A stretch of 64,000 nucleotides of DNA from the IMG/VR virus record IMGVR_UViG_3300010429_002600, one strand, 5' to 3'. The position numbers and the translations under genes were made by a program. Shown here in pieces: positions 1 to 10,836 of the stretch (the first letter of the stretch is position 1; each line of letters starts with the position of its first letter). Origin of the DNA: an uncultured virus (IMG/VR IMGVR_UViG_3300010429_002600). Lineage: Duplodnaviria > Heunggongvirae > Uroviricota > Caudoviricetes. The notes under the pieces were generated by a model. That model was not told the DNA's origin. It saw only the letters and a program-made list of their open reading frames with translations, and searched no databases.

Positions 1-1
1 T

Positions 2-307
2 AACGGAATTATTACTTTTAATGGTTCTACTTATATCATGATAGAGAAAGAATATAATTCCATTCTTCGCCTTCAATCGGCTGCTCTTTTTGAAAAACAT
101 TATAACTCTATTATTGGCCTTAAGTCCGCCCGATTATTTGAAAAAGAATATAATTCTATTATTTCCCTCAGTAATAATTTATATATGGTACTTCCGATAT
201 ATTTCACGATAAAGAACTCTCTCCGAATTGGAGCAGAGGCAAAGATATTACCATTTACAGAATTTACTAATCTTCCATTCTCAGGAGTAGGGGGTGTTGT
301 ATCATAG
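2..307 (+). CDS. C-terminal part of a tail-region protein with three 16-aa repeats (EKxYNSIxxLxSxxLF)
   Basis: Frame of ORF 38..307 is open from position 2; repeats visible in the translation. Confidence 0.6.
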   Translation, partial: NGIITFNGSTYIMIEKEYNSILRLQSAALFEKHYNSIIGLKSARLFEKEYNSIISLSNNLYMVLPIYFTIKNSLRIGAEAKILPFTEFTNLPFSGVGGVVS

Positions 308-324
308 CCACGCAAGCATTTTCC

Positions 325-2424
325 ATGCCGCCAACGCCCATAAATAAATCTGTTCAGATGCTCAGAAGTATTTATCGAGAGGCAATCAGTATAAGCGATC
401 TGAGTGGATTTAGCATTTCTTATTCCAGAGATAATCTGACCAATTCTTTTAATATAAGTTTTATCGGGTTGGATCAATATGCTTACTTAAACCCCTTTGC
501 CACATCTCCTTATTTATATCAAATAAAGACCGGGGTGACTGTTGATGAGAGTGATTATGAGGTAACACAGATTTCTGGATATGTAGACAGCAGAGGGGAG
601 CGACATAATTCTGGAGAAATTCTTTTAAATGCAGAGTTCTATGATAAAATGAAATTACTCATGCATCCTTATGCAGAAAAGATACTCATTGATATTTATA
701 ATTATAATGCCTTGAAAAGAGATGCCTGGGAGCCGGGAGATGACCTGGAAGATAAGTTCGGGATAACATCGGTGAGTGCTCTGATAACGGAGATATTAAC
801 ACTTGCCGGGGTGTCTATGAATGTAAATTATATGATATATGATTATAGAATAGCCTTTTACCGCAAAGAAGATTACCCTGCAAATATAATTCAAGATTTG
901 GTTTCTTTTGTCGGAGGCTATATGTTTTACAATGCCACGACAAACACCCTTGAAATCAGGGAGCGATTTCCTTTAAATAATGCAGGGTATGATTTTTTGT
1001 ATAAAGACAATGGCGACGTAACGGAAATATCTACCGGGAGTAAATCAATGAGTTTTTTTAATACTGTAATTGTAATGGGAACTCTTCCAGATGAATTTCC
1101 TGAATATGAAACTGACGATGGACTCCTCCCTGGCCTTGTAGAAGACAATGATCTTCATCTGGTTGATACTATCTCTGGCAAAGAACCTGCTCCATCCACC
1201 CCCTTTGTAGACGAACCCCCGGAAGAATTAATAGAAAAGAAATTTTATAATATCTGGTTAGGATTTGAGATAGACCCTGCAACTGTAGAGTTAAAGGGTG
1301 GTAGCTGGAATGAGGAAAATCAGCAATATGAGGGGGCTGTGTTTTTGGGATATGGCGGGCAAATGTCCTCAGATCAGGTAATTCTTTCTGATGTAAACGA
1401 TCCTGCCCTTCAGCAATCCGGAAAGATATTGCCTCCCGGAGAAGGCCTTGTCGGATTTCCATGGTTATATGAGCAAAATGATCAGGATGCTTCTACAAAA
1501 GATTATCAACTCCAAAATGGAGTATTTAGAATGGTTACTGTTTTAGGACAGGTAACAGATAAATTAACAGGTGCGCCTCTTCCCGGTGCGACTGTGGAAA
1601 TAAATTTCGCTAATGAAAATAATATCTGGCAATATTGGAAACATAAAGATTATAACACAGTATTCCTGTTCTATATGCCTGCCGGGGGAGTAGTTTTAGG
1701 CCCAGACTTTGAAGATGTTACTGCTGATTATCCTGCATTAGATCCTCCGACAGGATTTCCAAAGTCTACATTAACAGGGAATGGAGAAGATACCGGGGAG
1801 CCTGATGGAAAGGGAGTCTTTGTTTTTTATGAAATGCCTCTTTCTGATTATACGGCCACAGGTAATGCCATTGGCTATAATGAGGGGGAACTAGAAATCA
1901 CCTTTGATAGTAGCTCTCTTGATTTTCAAACAGGGTCAGGAGATGATCCCTCAAAGAAATATCGAATACTTGATACTCCCTATAATGTTGAAATATATGC
2001 AAAGAAATTAGCCCCTATCCAGTTTGGGACAGAAGAAGAGTATTCAGAAGATGCCACGTTTGAGCCAAGTAAAAACATTAAGGTCCAGGTAAGACATACC
2101 CGGGGCATTGAATTAGTCGATGGCCGTATTATCTTTGGAAATAAAATAGTAGATAGTCGAGTAATTTCCAGGGAAATTGCTATAAAGGCGGGAACCTCTG
2201 CAATAGTAGAGTCTTTAGCAAAGAGAGCATCTTCTCAAATAGAACTTCCTCACAACCCATATCTTCGAGAAGGAATGAATATAGCAATAGAAAGTTATAG
2301 CCGGGGATGGACCGGAAGTAATGTTAAAGTTATTACTGTAGATTCATTGGAGACAAATTATGGTGTCGGCCAAAATGGGGAAGAAGGGCTATGGGACACT
2401 GTTTCGGGGGTGGAATATTTATGA
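325..2424 (+). CDS. Tail/baseplate hub-like protein with internal carboxypeptidase-regulatory-like (Ig-type) domain
   Basis: 699 aa; 'VLGQVTDKLTGAPLPGATVEI' motif; C-terminal 'LPHNPYLREGMNIAI' resembles hub proteins; tail context. Confidence 0.55.
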   Translation: MPPTPINKSVQMLRSIYREAISISDLSGFSISYSRDNLTNSFNISFIGLDQYAYLNPFATSPYLYQIKTGVTVDESDYEVTQISGYVDSRGERHNSGEILLNAEFYDKMKLLMHPYAEKILIDIYNYNALKRDAWEPGDDLEDKFGITSVSALITEILTLAGVSMNVNYMIYDYRIAFYRKEDYPANIIQDLVSFVGGYMFYNATTNTLEIRERFPLNNAGYDFLYKDNGDVTEISTGSKSMSFFNTVIVMGTLPDEFPEYETDDGLLPGLVEDNDLHLVDTISGKEPAPSTPFVDEPPEELIEKKFYNIWLGFEIDPATVELKGGSWNEENQQYEGAVFLGYGGQMSSDQVILSDVNDPALQQSGKILPPGEGLVGFPWLYEQNDQDASTKDYQLQNGVFRMVTVLGQVTDKLTGAPLPGATVEINFANENNIWQYWKHKDYNTVFLFYMPAGGVVLGPDFEDVTADYPALDPPTGFPKSTLTGNGEDTGEPDGKGVFVFYEMPLSDYTATGNAIGYNEGELEITFDSSSLDFQTGSGDDPSKKYRILDTPYNVEIYAKKLAPIQFGTEEEYSEDATFEPSKNIKVQVRHTRGIELVDGRIIFGNKIVDSRVISREIAIKAGTSAIVESLAKRASSQIELPHNPYLREGMNIAIESYSRGWTGSNVKVITVDSLETNYGVGQNGEEGLWDTVSGVEYL

Positions 2425-2798
2425 TTAATCTTTTAGTTGGAGCATTATTTAAAGAACAGGCAACAAAAACAGATAGTATTCAGAGTGCTGTTGTATTAAG
2501 TTTGAATAAACAAACTGATGCTGTTGACTATTATTCCGTAGAAATAGACGGAGAATATTTTGATAATGTGCCCTGTGCTTTACCTTCATGGTTATTAAAG
2601 CAACTGCAATTAGAAAATGTAATGAAGGGCCTTTTATACTCTCCCGAAAACAGAAGAGTTTCTATAAAGAGAGAACCCCTTTTTCTTCCAGGCGAATCGG
2701 TAGAAGTTACATTTGAGGGCGGTAATAAGCATATGCCTAAAATATCTATAGAAAGTTCCAGGAAAAAATATGAGCCTATGGAGATCGTTTATATATGA
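2421..2798 (+). CDS. Putative baseplate/spike OB-fold-like protein
   Basis: ATGA overlap with upstream gene; 'PGESVEVTFEGGNKHMPKI' resembles spike OB-fold ends. Confidence 0.4.
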   Translation: MINLLVGALFKEQATKTDSIQSAVVLSLNKQTDAVDYYSVEIDGEYFDNVPCALPSWLLKQLQLENVMKGLLYSPENRRVSIKREPLFLPGESVEVTFEGGNKHMPKISIESSRKKYEPMEIVYI

Positions 2799-4594
2799 AG
2801 AAGATAGAATTAGAGCCTATTTATGATAAAGTAATGCCCTTAATGCCTGCGGGCCATACTCTGGCTTTAGAACAGGGAAAAATGCTTGTAACCATAGAAA
2901 GCATTGAAATGTCCGATAGGCTTAAAAATTGTCATATAAAAACATTACGAGGCACTTATGACCGGGCAACCCCATCTAGAATAAGAATAAGAGATCATTA
3001 TCCTCATATGGCCGGGGATGCCTGGGGAATAGCTGATGTAACCATGTATGGATATTACAATTCAGGGAAACCTCTCATAACCAGTTCGGAATATTCTAGA
3101 GGCTCCTGTTTTAAAGATCCCCGGGGGTTTTATGTTCACAACATGGCACTTGACAGGGAAACCACTTTCTGGGCGGCACGGGATGATGATGTAATTATCA
3201 GTGGTGAGTCTCAGCCGTATTCTATGAGATATTTTACAGGAGATATGGAGCCAGGAGACATTGAAGATTATTATAAAGATCAAATTCCTGAAGGAGCCTA
3301 TCCATATGGAACATCACCTTCTTCCTGGATAAACGCAACTATTGATACTGAAAATAAAACATGGGAGGCAACAATAACTTTAAATCAATTTTGGGTCAGA
3401 GACATGTCCGGAGAAAATTTAAATATGCAATTAAACGGATATGAGAGAGATCCTCGATTGCATTTTATTGAAATACAAATTCAAGTAGATGGGGAAGAGT
3501 CTGTTGATACGGGGGCGAGAGTTGCTTATCTCTGGCATTTACCAATATCTTTTGCAAATGTCCCGGCTCCTAATGTAGAAAGGGTTATGGGTACCTTTTC
3601 TGGCCCGTCTGATATAGATAGTTGTTACTTAGGCCCGGGACTTTCGGGGTGTCATTATAACGTGGGCTATTATGCCTCGGGCGGAGTAATTCGAATGAAT
3701 TTTGAAGAAGTTGCTCTTAATTATATAGAGAGAGAATTTCTTGCGCAGCAATCTTTCTATTTGAATTATTCAAGAAATCCAGATAGAATTTCAACAGAAT
3801 TTGAAGTTCAAAATATAAATCAAATAAGCTCTCTCTATGCCAGCGTTACTTATGATGAAATTACATATACTTATAATTATGATTTAAATACGGTTTCGAT
3901 TGAGCATGGATTTTTAGTATGTTCGGAATTTGCCAATCAAAGGATATCTGGATGGGAAGCATTACCGACAGATGAATATATTGCTATTAATATCCATGTT
4001 ATTGTGGATGTATCCGAATATATCTATGGATATTCAAACATTTGTCATACGAATCAAATCCCGGGAACACTGGTAAATAAGGCGTGGTGTACTAAACATC
4101 CAGGCTGTTCTCAATATTGTATCGGAGGAACGGCATACACAATAACCCTTGCAAAATTTTATTTAGAGGATGATTCCGGTGTAGAAACAAACTGGACGAT
4201 AGGCCCTGTCTCAATTTATTTTGATCTGGATAAACAATTTGGAACCTCAGAAGATACCGAAATTGCTGTAAGGTATGGAACGGCTGGAAAGATTCAACCG
4301 TATATATTAGCCTCCGCAAGTGACGGCGGTAGAACAAAATATTGGATCATTATGGATTTTACCACTACTCCAGAAAATGACATTGACGGCGCAGTAAATG
4401 ATCTCCCTAAATTTGGAACGTCCTCTGTGTATCATTCTACACATAATGAAGTCCGGGCTATTACATATCATTCGAATATAAACGTATTTACTTTTTCGAA
4501 ATTATATATGGTTTTTGAAGATGAAGAAGTATTAATAGGGCCAGAGGAGCAAACAGATTGGACAAATTCCATGTTGGTTAGGAGGGATGCGTAA
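2795..4594 (+). CDS. Putative minor tail protein
   Basis: 599 aa beta-rich ORF coupled within the tail operon. Confidence 0.45.
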   Translation: MKKIELEPIYDKVMPLMPAGHTLALEQGKMLVTIESIEMSDRLKNCHIKTLRGTYDRATPSRIRIRDHYPHMAGDAWGIADVTMYGYYNSGKPLITSSEYSRGSCFKDPRGFYVHNMALDRETTFWAARDDDVIISGESQPYSMRYFTGDMEPGDIEDYYKDQIPEGAYPYGTSPSSWINATIDTENKTWEATITLNQFWVRDMSGENLNMQLNGYERDPRLHFIEIQIQVDGEESVDTGARVAYLWHLPISFANVPAPNVERVMGTFSGPSDIDSCYLGPGLSGCHYNVGYYASGGVIRMNFEEVALNYIEREFLAQQSFYLNYSRNPDRISTEFEVQNINQISSLYASVTYDEITYTYNYDLNTVSIEHGFLVCSEFANQRISGWEALPTDEYIAINIHVIVDVSEYIYGYSNICHTNQIPGTLVNKAWCTKHPGCSQYCIGGTAYTITLAKFYLEDDSGVETNWTIGPVSIYFDLDKQFGTSEDTEIAVRYGTAGKIQPYILASASDGGRTKYWIIMDFTTTPENDIDGAVNDLPKFGTSSVYHSTHNEVRAITYHSNINVFTFSKLYMVFEDEEVLIGPEEQTDWTNSMLVRRDA

Positions 4595-4912
4595 GTGGCT
4601 GTTTCGGAATTTATTAAATATTGTGAAGAAAAAAAAGTTTTTCCCACTTTTCTTCTCAAAGAGGAGGCGTGGCAAAACAATATGACCTTTCTTTTCTCTA
4701 AAATAAGAGAGTGGTATAATCATGGAGGAAAAGAACCCCTTGAAAAATATCTAAAAGGGAATATAATAATAGTAGAAGGAATAATTTCTGAGGAAGAAAT
4801 AAAAAATTGTCCGGATTGCCTCCAAAGAGAAGAAAAAGAGGCTCTTGTAAAAAAGAATTTATCAATAGTAAATGAGGTAAGAAAACAACATGGCCCTGGA
4901 ATTAAGAGATAA
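4595..4912 (+). CDS. Hypothetical protein (CxxC)
   Basis: GTG start right after upstream stop, GGAGG upstream. Confidence 0.55.
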   Translation: MAVSEFIKYCEEKKVFPTFLLKEEAWQNNMTFLFSKIREWYNHGGKEPLEKYLKGNIIIVEGIISEEEIKNCPDCLQREEKEALVKKNLSIVNEVRKQHGPGIKR

Positions 4913-5408
4913 AAACGATGAAAATTTAGTTCATTATTTATCCTTTCCGGTTCAATTATTGAACCCTGCTTCTCCTCCTGCTGTTGAAGTGCATCTCTGG
5001 AATAAAAAAGGAGGGGTCTGTGAAAAGCTGGCAGAAAATATCCAGGTTATAGTTGAAAATGCTTTAAAAACACAGACAGGAGGAAGTAATTATCAGGGCC
5101 AGGAAATAGTTGATAATTCTCTTGTTCAGGGAAGAAGTAATGGTGTGGTGGGATCTGGAATAGTAGATGATGCACAGGTAGCATATACGGCAATAGGAAC
5201 TTTAAATGTAGGCGATATTCCAACAAACACAGCCAGGAAATTATTCTTCAGGCTAAAGAGTGTGGCAGACACAGCAACAGAACATGCTATGTTCTTTTTA
5301 AATATACAATATGACTATAGACGAACACAACAATTTACGAAATCTATTTCCACGAATGATCATACATGGTGTGGTTTTGGATTTGTAGGAGGAGGGTATT
5401 TCTTTTGA
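4890..5408 (+). CDS. Putative virion structural protein
   Basis: 172 aa, GAGG RBS, tail operon. Confidence 0.5.
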   Translation: MALELRDKNDENLVHYLSFPVQLLNPASPPAVEVHLWNKKGGVCEKLAENIQVIVENALKTQTGGSNYQGQEIVDNSLVQGRSNGVVGSGIVDDAQVAYTAIGTLNVGDIPTNTARKLFFRLKSVADTATEHAMFFLNIQYDYRRTQQFTKSISTNDHTWCGFGFVGGGYFF

Positions 5409-6274
5409 GTCTTGGCAGTTTAAGTACATACCCGTCAATAAAAGACGACCTCTATAATATATATGATGAACTCTATGCAGGATATCCGATAACAAAGGAA
5501 TACTGGCAGATCCCGGATGGGTTGGAAATCACATTGAAACATTATGCAAAAACAGGAACATTAGCCATTTCCGGATTTACAGAAGTATTTGTGGGAAGTC
5601 CTGCACAGGGACAATTCAAGGTAACAGACTATGCTATTCCAACAGTAACAAATACAGGAATAGATTATAATATTGGAAGAACAGTCCAGTTCCATTCAAA
5701 CGATAAAGGAAGAAAGATATATATTTCCTATACAACTCCGGGAGATAAACTCCTCGCTTCTCTCTTTAACCTCCTCATAGATGCAATCTATAACATGCAG
5801 GGAGCTGTTGGAACAATGGGAACAGGAGGAGATCTGCAACTGGGATTATCAAAAAGCCTTGCACAAAAAGTATCTTACCTACTTTCTCTGTTAGCAACAC
5901 ATACACATGAAGGGACAATCTCTGCTCAATTAACAACCAGTGCTTTTTCTGCATTAGCTCTCTCAAACACTAATATAGCAGCCGATGCAAACATTTCCGG
6001 TTCAAAACTTCAGTATGGTATAATTGAGAAAGGAACATCTTCTATTGCAATAGGAGATACGACAAAGGTTATCAATACCGCTAACATTTCCGCTACCACA
6101 GATGTAATCATAAGCAGGGGATCTGTCGATCATACAGACGGAAATGACCAGGGTATTTTGAGATATAAAGAAAAAACAAATGGAACATCTTTTACGGTCG
6201 AATTTATACAATCCGGTTCGCCCAGAACTGGAATCGTTGCCTTTACATATATGATTGTAAAGGATAGCGGTTAA
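5405..6274 (+). CDS. Putative tail fibre/baseplate-attached protein
   Basis: TTG start after GGAGG; 'THTHEG' and 'TNIAADANISGSKL' fibre-like motifs. Confidence 0.5.
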   Translation: MSLGSLSTYPSIKDDLYNIYDELYAGYPITKEYWQIPDGLEITLKHYAKTGTLAISGFTEVFVGSPAQGQFKVTDYAIPTVTNTGIDYNIGRTVQFHSNDKGRKIYISYTTPGDKLLASLFNLLIDAIYNMQGAVGTMGTGGDLQLGLSKSLAQKVSYLLSLLATHTHEGTISAQLTTSAFSALALSNTNIAADANISGSKLQYGIIEKGTSSIAIGDTTKVINTANISATTDVIISRGSVDHTDGNDQGILRYKEKTNGTSFTVEFIQSGSPRTGIVAFTYMIVKDSG

Positions 6275-6293
6275 TTAAAAGGAGGAATAAATC

Positions 6294-6953
6294 ATGGCAT
6301 ATCCAACAGGATATTCTGTTGCTCAGATGACAAAATATTTCTATGAAAACCTGGTCGATCCGGTAACAAACACATTAAAAACATCTGCCAATATCACCAT
6401 CACAAACAATAATATGGAAATCGTTGATAGTGCAGGCAACGCATTGATCGGACAAAAGGCAATGGTTGCTTCTCTCCCTGTCGTCATTGCAAGCAATCAA
6501 AGTATCGTTCCTGTCTCAAATCCAGTTCTAACAGATATTGCAGATGGGACTGCTCACGCCGCAAAAGTAAGGGAAGTTGATGCTGCCGGGGCAGGAATGA
6601 TCGGTCAAAAGGCAATGGCCGCCTCAAAACCAGTTGTAATTGCTTCAGATCAAAGTGCTGTTCCGGTAACAGAAACCTATACAGGAATTTCAAATGGGAA
6701 ATACGCTATTGCTGTAACAAATGCAGTGGAAAGCATAGTTGCCGTTTCAACTCCCTGCAAAAAAGTAATACTCCGGGCGGCTTCAACAAATTTGAATAAT
6801 ATATTTTATGGCGGCGCAAGCGTGGCACTTGACGGAACTAATTCAGACTTTTTAGAACCGGGATCATGGGTCGAAATACCTATTTCAGATTTAAATTTAA
6901 TACGGGTAAGGGGCACTATAACAGAAGTTGTGGCCTTTACTTTTGTTAATTAA
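6294..6953 (+). CDS. Structural protein with two ~31-aa 'GQKAMxASxPVVIASxQSxVPV' repeats
   Basis: AGGAGG RBS; internal repeat visible in the translation. Confidence 0.6.
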   Translation: MAYPTGYSVAQMTKYFYENLVDPVTNTLKTSANITITNNNMEIVDSAGNALIGQKAMVASLPVVIASNQSIVPVSNPVLTDIADGTAHAAKVREVDAAGAGMIGQKAMAASKPVVIASDQSAVPVTETYTGISNGKYAIAVTNAVESIVAVSTPCKKVILRAASTNLNNIFYGGASVALDGTNSDFLEPGSWVEIPISDLNLIRVRGTITEVVAFTFVN

Positions 6954-6968
6954 TGGAGGTATTTTGAT

Positions 6969-7895
6969 ATGAGAAAAGGATTTAAACAACTTGTAAAAAG
7001 CGTAGCCGAACAAATAATCGGCATATGGACCTTCACAAACGGCATAATCAGCAACATTCAAACTGCCGGGACAACTGCATATATGACCCTTACGGGTAAT
7101 ACTATTCAGGCGGCGGGGAGTGATGCGAATGTTAATATTAATTTGACTCCGAAGGGAACGGGAGTAAATAAGAATGGCCCTGTGGAAATATCAAAAAACT
7201 CTAATAATTATTTACTTCCTGCGTTAAAAATTGTAGGACAATCAATGCTTGAAGCGGGAAGTGCAACTAATGGTGTTTTTGCGTATTTAGTATATAACGC
7301 AGCAGGAAATAGACAACTTGTTTTCGTTGATTCTATGACTCTTGTAGGAATTAGATTTTCAAGTAATACTATTTCAGGGTTTAATATTTCTGAATATGTA
7401 GAGCAGGACTTGATTTTTAATGTTTCTTCAAAAAATGTCGGAATAAATACTTCTGCACCTGCTAAAAAAATGGAAATCAACTCCGCAGACGGAAACAACC
7501 TCCGTCTCACTTATAACGACAGTAACGGGAGTGCCGCTAACTATGCTGATTTGTTAACCACAAGTGCGGGTAATCTTCAAATAGAACCCTCAAGTGGTAT
7601 AAAAGAAACAGCAGGGTTGAAAACGAAGGAAGCTTCGGTAGTTGTGCCAGACGACGGCACGATAACCCTTCCAACTGGAGCGACAGGCCTCCTTGAAGTA
7701 TGGACTGAGGCAGAATATGGAACTTTTTATATAACTGCAACTGCTGTGGTTTCGATAAGGGAACTTTCTGCAAATACAATAAACACAAATACAGACGGGA
7801 AACTTTGTGCATATAATGGCGGTTCAAATGCTTGTATAATCAAAAATGCTCTCGGTTCAGAGAAAACAGTCAGTTATGTATTCAAATACAGATAA
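6969..7895 (+). CDS. Tail fibre / receptor-binding protein
   Basis: Fibre-shaft motifs 'NVNINLTPKGTG' and 'NVGINTSAPAKKMEI'. Confidence 0.6.
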   Translation: MRKGFKQLVKSVAEQIIGIWTFTNGIISNIQTAGTTAYMTLTGNTIQAAGSDANVNINLTPKGTGVNKNGPVEISKNSNNYLLPALKIVGQSMLEAGSATNGVFAYLVYNAAGNRQLVFVDSMTLVGIRFSSNTISGFNISEYVEQDLIFNVSSKNVGINTSAPAKKMEINSADGNNLRLTYNDSNGSAANYADLLTTSAGNLQIEPSSGIKETAGLKTKEASVVVPDDGTITLPTGATGLLEVWTEAEYGTFYITATAVVSIRELSANTINTNTDGKLCAYNGGSNACIIKNALGSEKTVSYVFKYR

Positions 7896-7907
7896 GGAGG
7901 AGAATTC

Positions 7908-8762
7908 ATGAGTATTTATTATGGAACTTCCTTTGGAAGCTCTCAATCAATCTTAAACGACGACTCAAAAAAAATAGAATTCTCCTTTCGCCGAACTGCT
8001 GATTTACACCCTCTGCAACCTCGTTGCAGACTCAGGAGGGCTACAGTGGCAGGCGATATTGTTGACGTGTATGAATTCATACAAAATTCTACAAATTATA
8101 GATTGACAGCAGGTGGAGATTTAGTAAGTGGAGTTGGAGAAACCTTTTACCTCGTTTCTTCCTATAATGGAAGTCAAAACTTTTTGCATGGAACTCAATC
8201 AGACACAGCAAAACAGGGTTTAGTTACGCTGAATAGTTCTAATGGATGGCCGTCTGTAAAATTTCCAGATACAGGAGGGGTAATAAACTATGGAAACATT
8301 CTTTCAAAACCAATAACCAAAATGACTATGATATTTCGTGCGAAACCACGAGGAGCAAGTTACGATCTTTATGGGTTTAGAAAGAGTGATGACGGGTCAA
8401 ATGAAGTAAGCTTTTGTCTTGGGGGGGCAGAGAATTATTTTAGTGCAGGGGCAAATGTTATTTTTCTTGATAATAATACTTTAAGGCCAACTGCCAATTA
8501 TTCGATTTCTGCCGTAATTTATAACGGAGAAGAGGCAAGCAACGAAGACAGGTTTAAGTGGTATTTAAATAATGTTAAAAGTTCTTTAGATGCTTCAATA
8601 AATACTGCTCCAACAAGTATAAATTACGAAGGTTCATTAAATTTTCCTCAATGGTTAACTTATATTTCAGACGCTTATTATACAGATTGGATTTTGTATG
8701 ACAGAGTATTAACTGAAGAAGAATTGACAACTGTTTACAACGCTCTTGCAGGAGCTTATTAA
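7908..8762 (+). CDS. LamG/concanavalin-A-like lectin domain protein (putative receptor binding)
   Basis: C-terminal 'WILYDRVLTEEEL' and 'AVIYNG...KWYLNN' LamG-like motifs. Confidence 0.6.
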   Translation: MSIYYGTSFGSSQSILNDDSKKIEFSFRRTADLHPLQPRCRLRRATVAGDIVDVYEFIQNSTNYRLTAGGDLVSGVGETFYLVSSYNGSQNFLHGTQSDTAKQGLVTLNSSNGWPSVKFPDTGGVINYGNILSKPITKMTMIFRAKPRGASYDLYGFRKSDDGSNEVSFCLGGAENYFSAGANVIFLDNNTLRPTANYSISAVIYNGEEASNEDRFKWYLNNVKSSLDASINTAPTSINYEGSLNFPQWLTYISDAYYTDWILYDRVLTEEELTTVYNALAGAY

Positions 8763-8776
8763 AAGGAGGTTTTATT

Positions 8777-9169
8777 ATGAGAAAATTTCTATTAATTACG
8801 GTGTTATTAATCCTTTTTCTAAATTTAGGCTGTGGGGGGATAGGAATGGATGGGCCTATGTCTATTCCTGACCAAAAAGAATTAGCCTGGAAAATGCAAC
8901 TGAATTCTTTTTTGTCGGTAGACAGTGAAAGGTTTGTTCAGTGGTGGAATTCTATTGAGTGGAAAGTGGACAATTCTTTTTCTGTCCGGTATGAAAATGA
9001 TTTATTTCTGAAGGAAAATGGTAACAAAATTAACAGGTCAGTATTCGAAAAGTTTTTTAGCCATAAAGATTATAAAGATCGGGCTTATATAGAGTCAGGT
9101 TTTTTATTTTTGTCCGGAGTAAAGTATGAATATATTGATACTACAGGGCAGGTGAAGAAGATTGAATAA
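8777..9169 (+). CDS. Predicted lipoprotein
   Basis: MRK + hydrophobic core + lipobox-like NLG-C. Confidence 0.65.
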   Translation: MRKFLLITVLLILFLNLGCGGIGMDGPMSIPDQKELAWKMQLNSFLSVDSERFVQWWNSIEWKVDNSFSVRYENDLFLKENGNKINRSVFEKFFSHKDYKDRAYIESGFLFLSGVKYEYIDTTGQVKKIE

Positions 9170-9641
9170 ACTTAATTTTTTCCTTATTCTCACAATACTT
9201 TTTCTCTCCGGGTTAATCCTCCTGGCCCTGCAATTTACGGGGTGTGGAGGTTCGCAAGACATTATTATGCCCGGGAAAGAAGATTATAATACCTTCCTTG
9301 CCTGGAAAGCAGAAATTCTTCAGAAATACCCCACTCCCGTTGAATTTGCAAAAAATAGTTTAATAATTCTAAAAGATTTTACTTACGACGATTGGACATT
9401 ACTTAATTATGGAGAATGGAAAGACGCTTCTGCTTTTCAAATATGGCAGAGGCAATTGATTAACTGTGTATTAGCGACCAATATTTTACAGGAACTTTAC
9501 CCCGGCGGGAGAGAGGTCAGGATTTCACAAGCAGGGCCTGACCATGTGGTTTATGAATGGCAGGGGTATATAATTAGCTTCAACGGTATACGGGGGACTG
9601 TTTATAACGGGTGGAGTGAATACCCGATGCCAAAAAAATAG
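9162..9641 (+). CDS. Predicted lipoprotein, possible Cys-His (transglutaminase-like) domain
   Basis: TTG start; hydrophobic core + FTG-C lipobox; 'INCVLA...DHVV'. Confidence 0.55.
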   Translation: MNKLNFFLILTILFLSGLILLALQFTGCGGSQDIIMPGKEDYNTFLAWKAEILQKYPTPVEFAKNSLIILKDFTYDDWTLLNYGEWKDASAFQIWQRQLINCVLATNILQELYPGGREVRISQAGPDHVVYEWQGYIISFNGIRGTVYNGWSEYPMPKK

Positions 9642-9820
9642 AAGGGCGGGCTATGGATACCTTGAAAGAGAGTGATTTAGAAATGAACGAAAAAGAAAAA
9701 GAAATCCTCCGGGCGGTCCCGGAATTTAAACCAGACAAATCGACTCTGGACAGAATTATAAATTCTTTTAATACTTATTTTCCGAATTATAAAATTGAAA
9801 CAGAATAGGAATAAAAAATT

Positions 9821-10243
9821 ATGTCAGATTCAATTAATTCTCAATATGAACGACTTTTTGACAAATTATTTACTCTCATTAGAGACAACACTTCAACCAC
9901 CCAGAAACTTATTTCTGAGGTGGGAAAACACCGGGCGAATGTAAACGAAATAATTACACAGGTAAAAGAAAGGCCCTGCTTTGAAGATAATGCAGAAAGT
10001 GCAATAACTGAATTACAGGAGCATAGCCTGAAAGAAATAAAGAAAGCAGTTGAAACTCAGAAAAATGCTCATATTCAAAGCCTTTCGGCGGCAAATGATA
10101 AGCTTGTAAAACTCCTGTGGGGAATTTTTTTGACTCTGGTAATTGTAAATACTTCAATATTCGGCGGGATATTGGTATTTATTCACAAAAATCCGCAAGT
10201 CTGGGATATTTTAAAAATATTAATACAGAATGGGGGAAAATAA
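9821..10243 (+). CDS. Holin-like protein (coiled coil + C-terminal TM helix)
   Basis: One TM segment 'LLWGIFLTLVIVNTSIFGGILVFI'; immediately upstream of endolysin. Confidence 0.45.
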   Translation: MSDSINSQYERLFDKLFTLIRDNTSTTQKLISEVGKHRANVNEIITQVKERPCFEDNAESAITELQEHSLKEIKKAVETQKNAHIQSLSAANDKLVKLLWGIFLTLVIVNTSIFGGILVFIHKNPQVWDILKILIQNGGK

Positions 10244-10822
10244 ATGATTAAAATTGACAATAAAGAAAATCCTTATGGTTTATTATTGCCCGACAAAAGT
10301 TTATTTTTTTCTTCGGGCGATAACTTAAGGGAATACGTGAAAAAGGAAGAGGAAGGAAAAGAAGAAAAGCCCGCTAAAAAAACATTCATTGAAACAAAAA
10401 ACATTGTAATAATAGCGAAAGAGTGGGTCGGACATGACTTTCACCCTGGAACCCGGGAACAATGTGCCGCTTTTGTGAGGGATGTAATAAAAGAGGCTGG
10501 TTTCAATGTCGGAGAAACAAAGAAACCCTCAGACCTTTCTTTGTTACCTCCGGGATCTGCACTGGCCCCTTCATATGCTAATTCTTTTGCCGGTGATGAT
10601 ATAGGACTGAAAATCACAAAGGTAGGGGATCTTCTTCCGGGAGATATAGTTCTTTTCAAAAACACCTATGGAGATTGGAAACCCGGGGTAATAACTCATG
10701 TAGGAATTTATGTTGGAGGTAATTCCTTTGTTCACAGACCAACCTCTGCAAAACCTGTTCAGAAAGATAATATTATTTCGTATGGACATTTTGCCGAAGG
10801 GCGAAGATTGTATAATAAATAA
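10244..10822 (+). CDS. NlpC/P60 peptidoglycan hydrolase (endolysin)
   Basis: 'QCAAFV', 'PGDIVLF', 'THVGIYVGG..FVH' NlpC/P60 motifs. Confidence 0.85.
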   Translation: MIKIDNKENPYGLLLPDKSLFFSSGDNLREYVKKEEEGKEEKPAKKTFIETKNIVIIAKEWVGHDFHPGTREQCAAFVRDVIKEAGFNVGETKKPSDLSLLPPGSALAPSYANSFAGDDIGLKITKVGDLLPGDIVLFKNTYGDWKPGVITHVGIYVGGNSFVHRPTSAKPVQKDNIISYGHFAEGRRLYNK

Positions 10823-10836
10823 AGGAGGAAAGTAAT

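Noticed and set aside
6420..6670. Internal repeat pair as a DGR template/variable region
   Set aside because: Differences are not adenine-specific, both copies are in-frame coding, and no reverse transcriptase is seen
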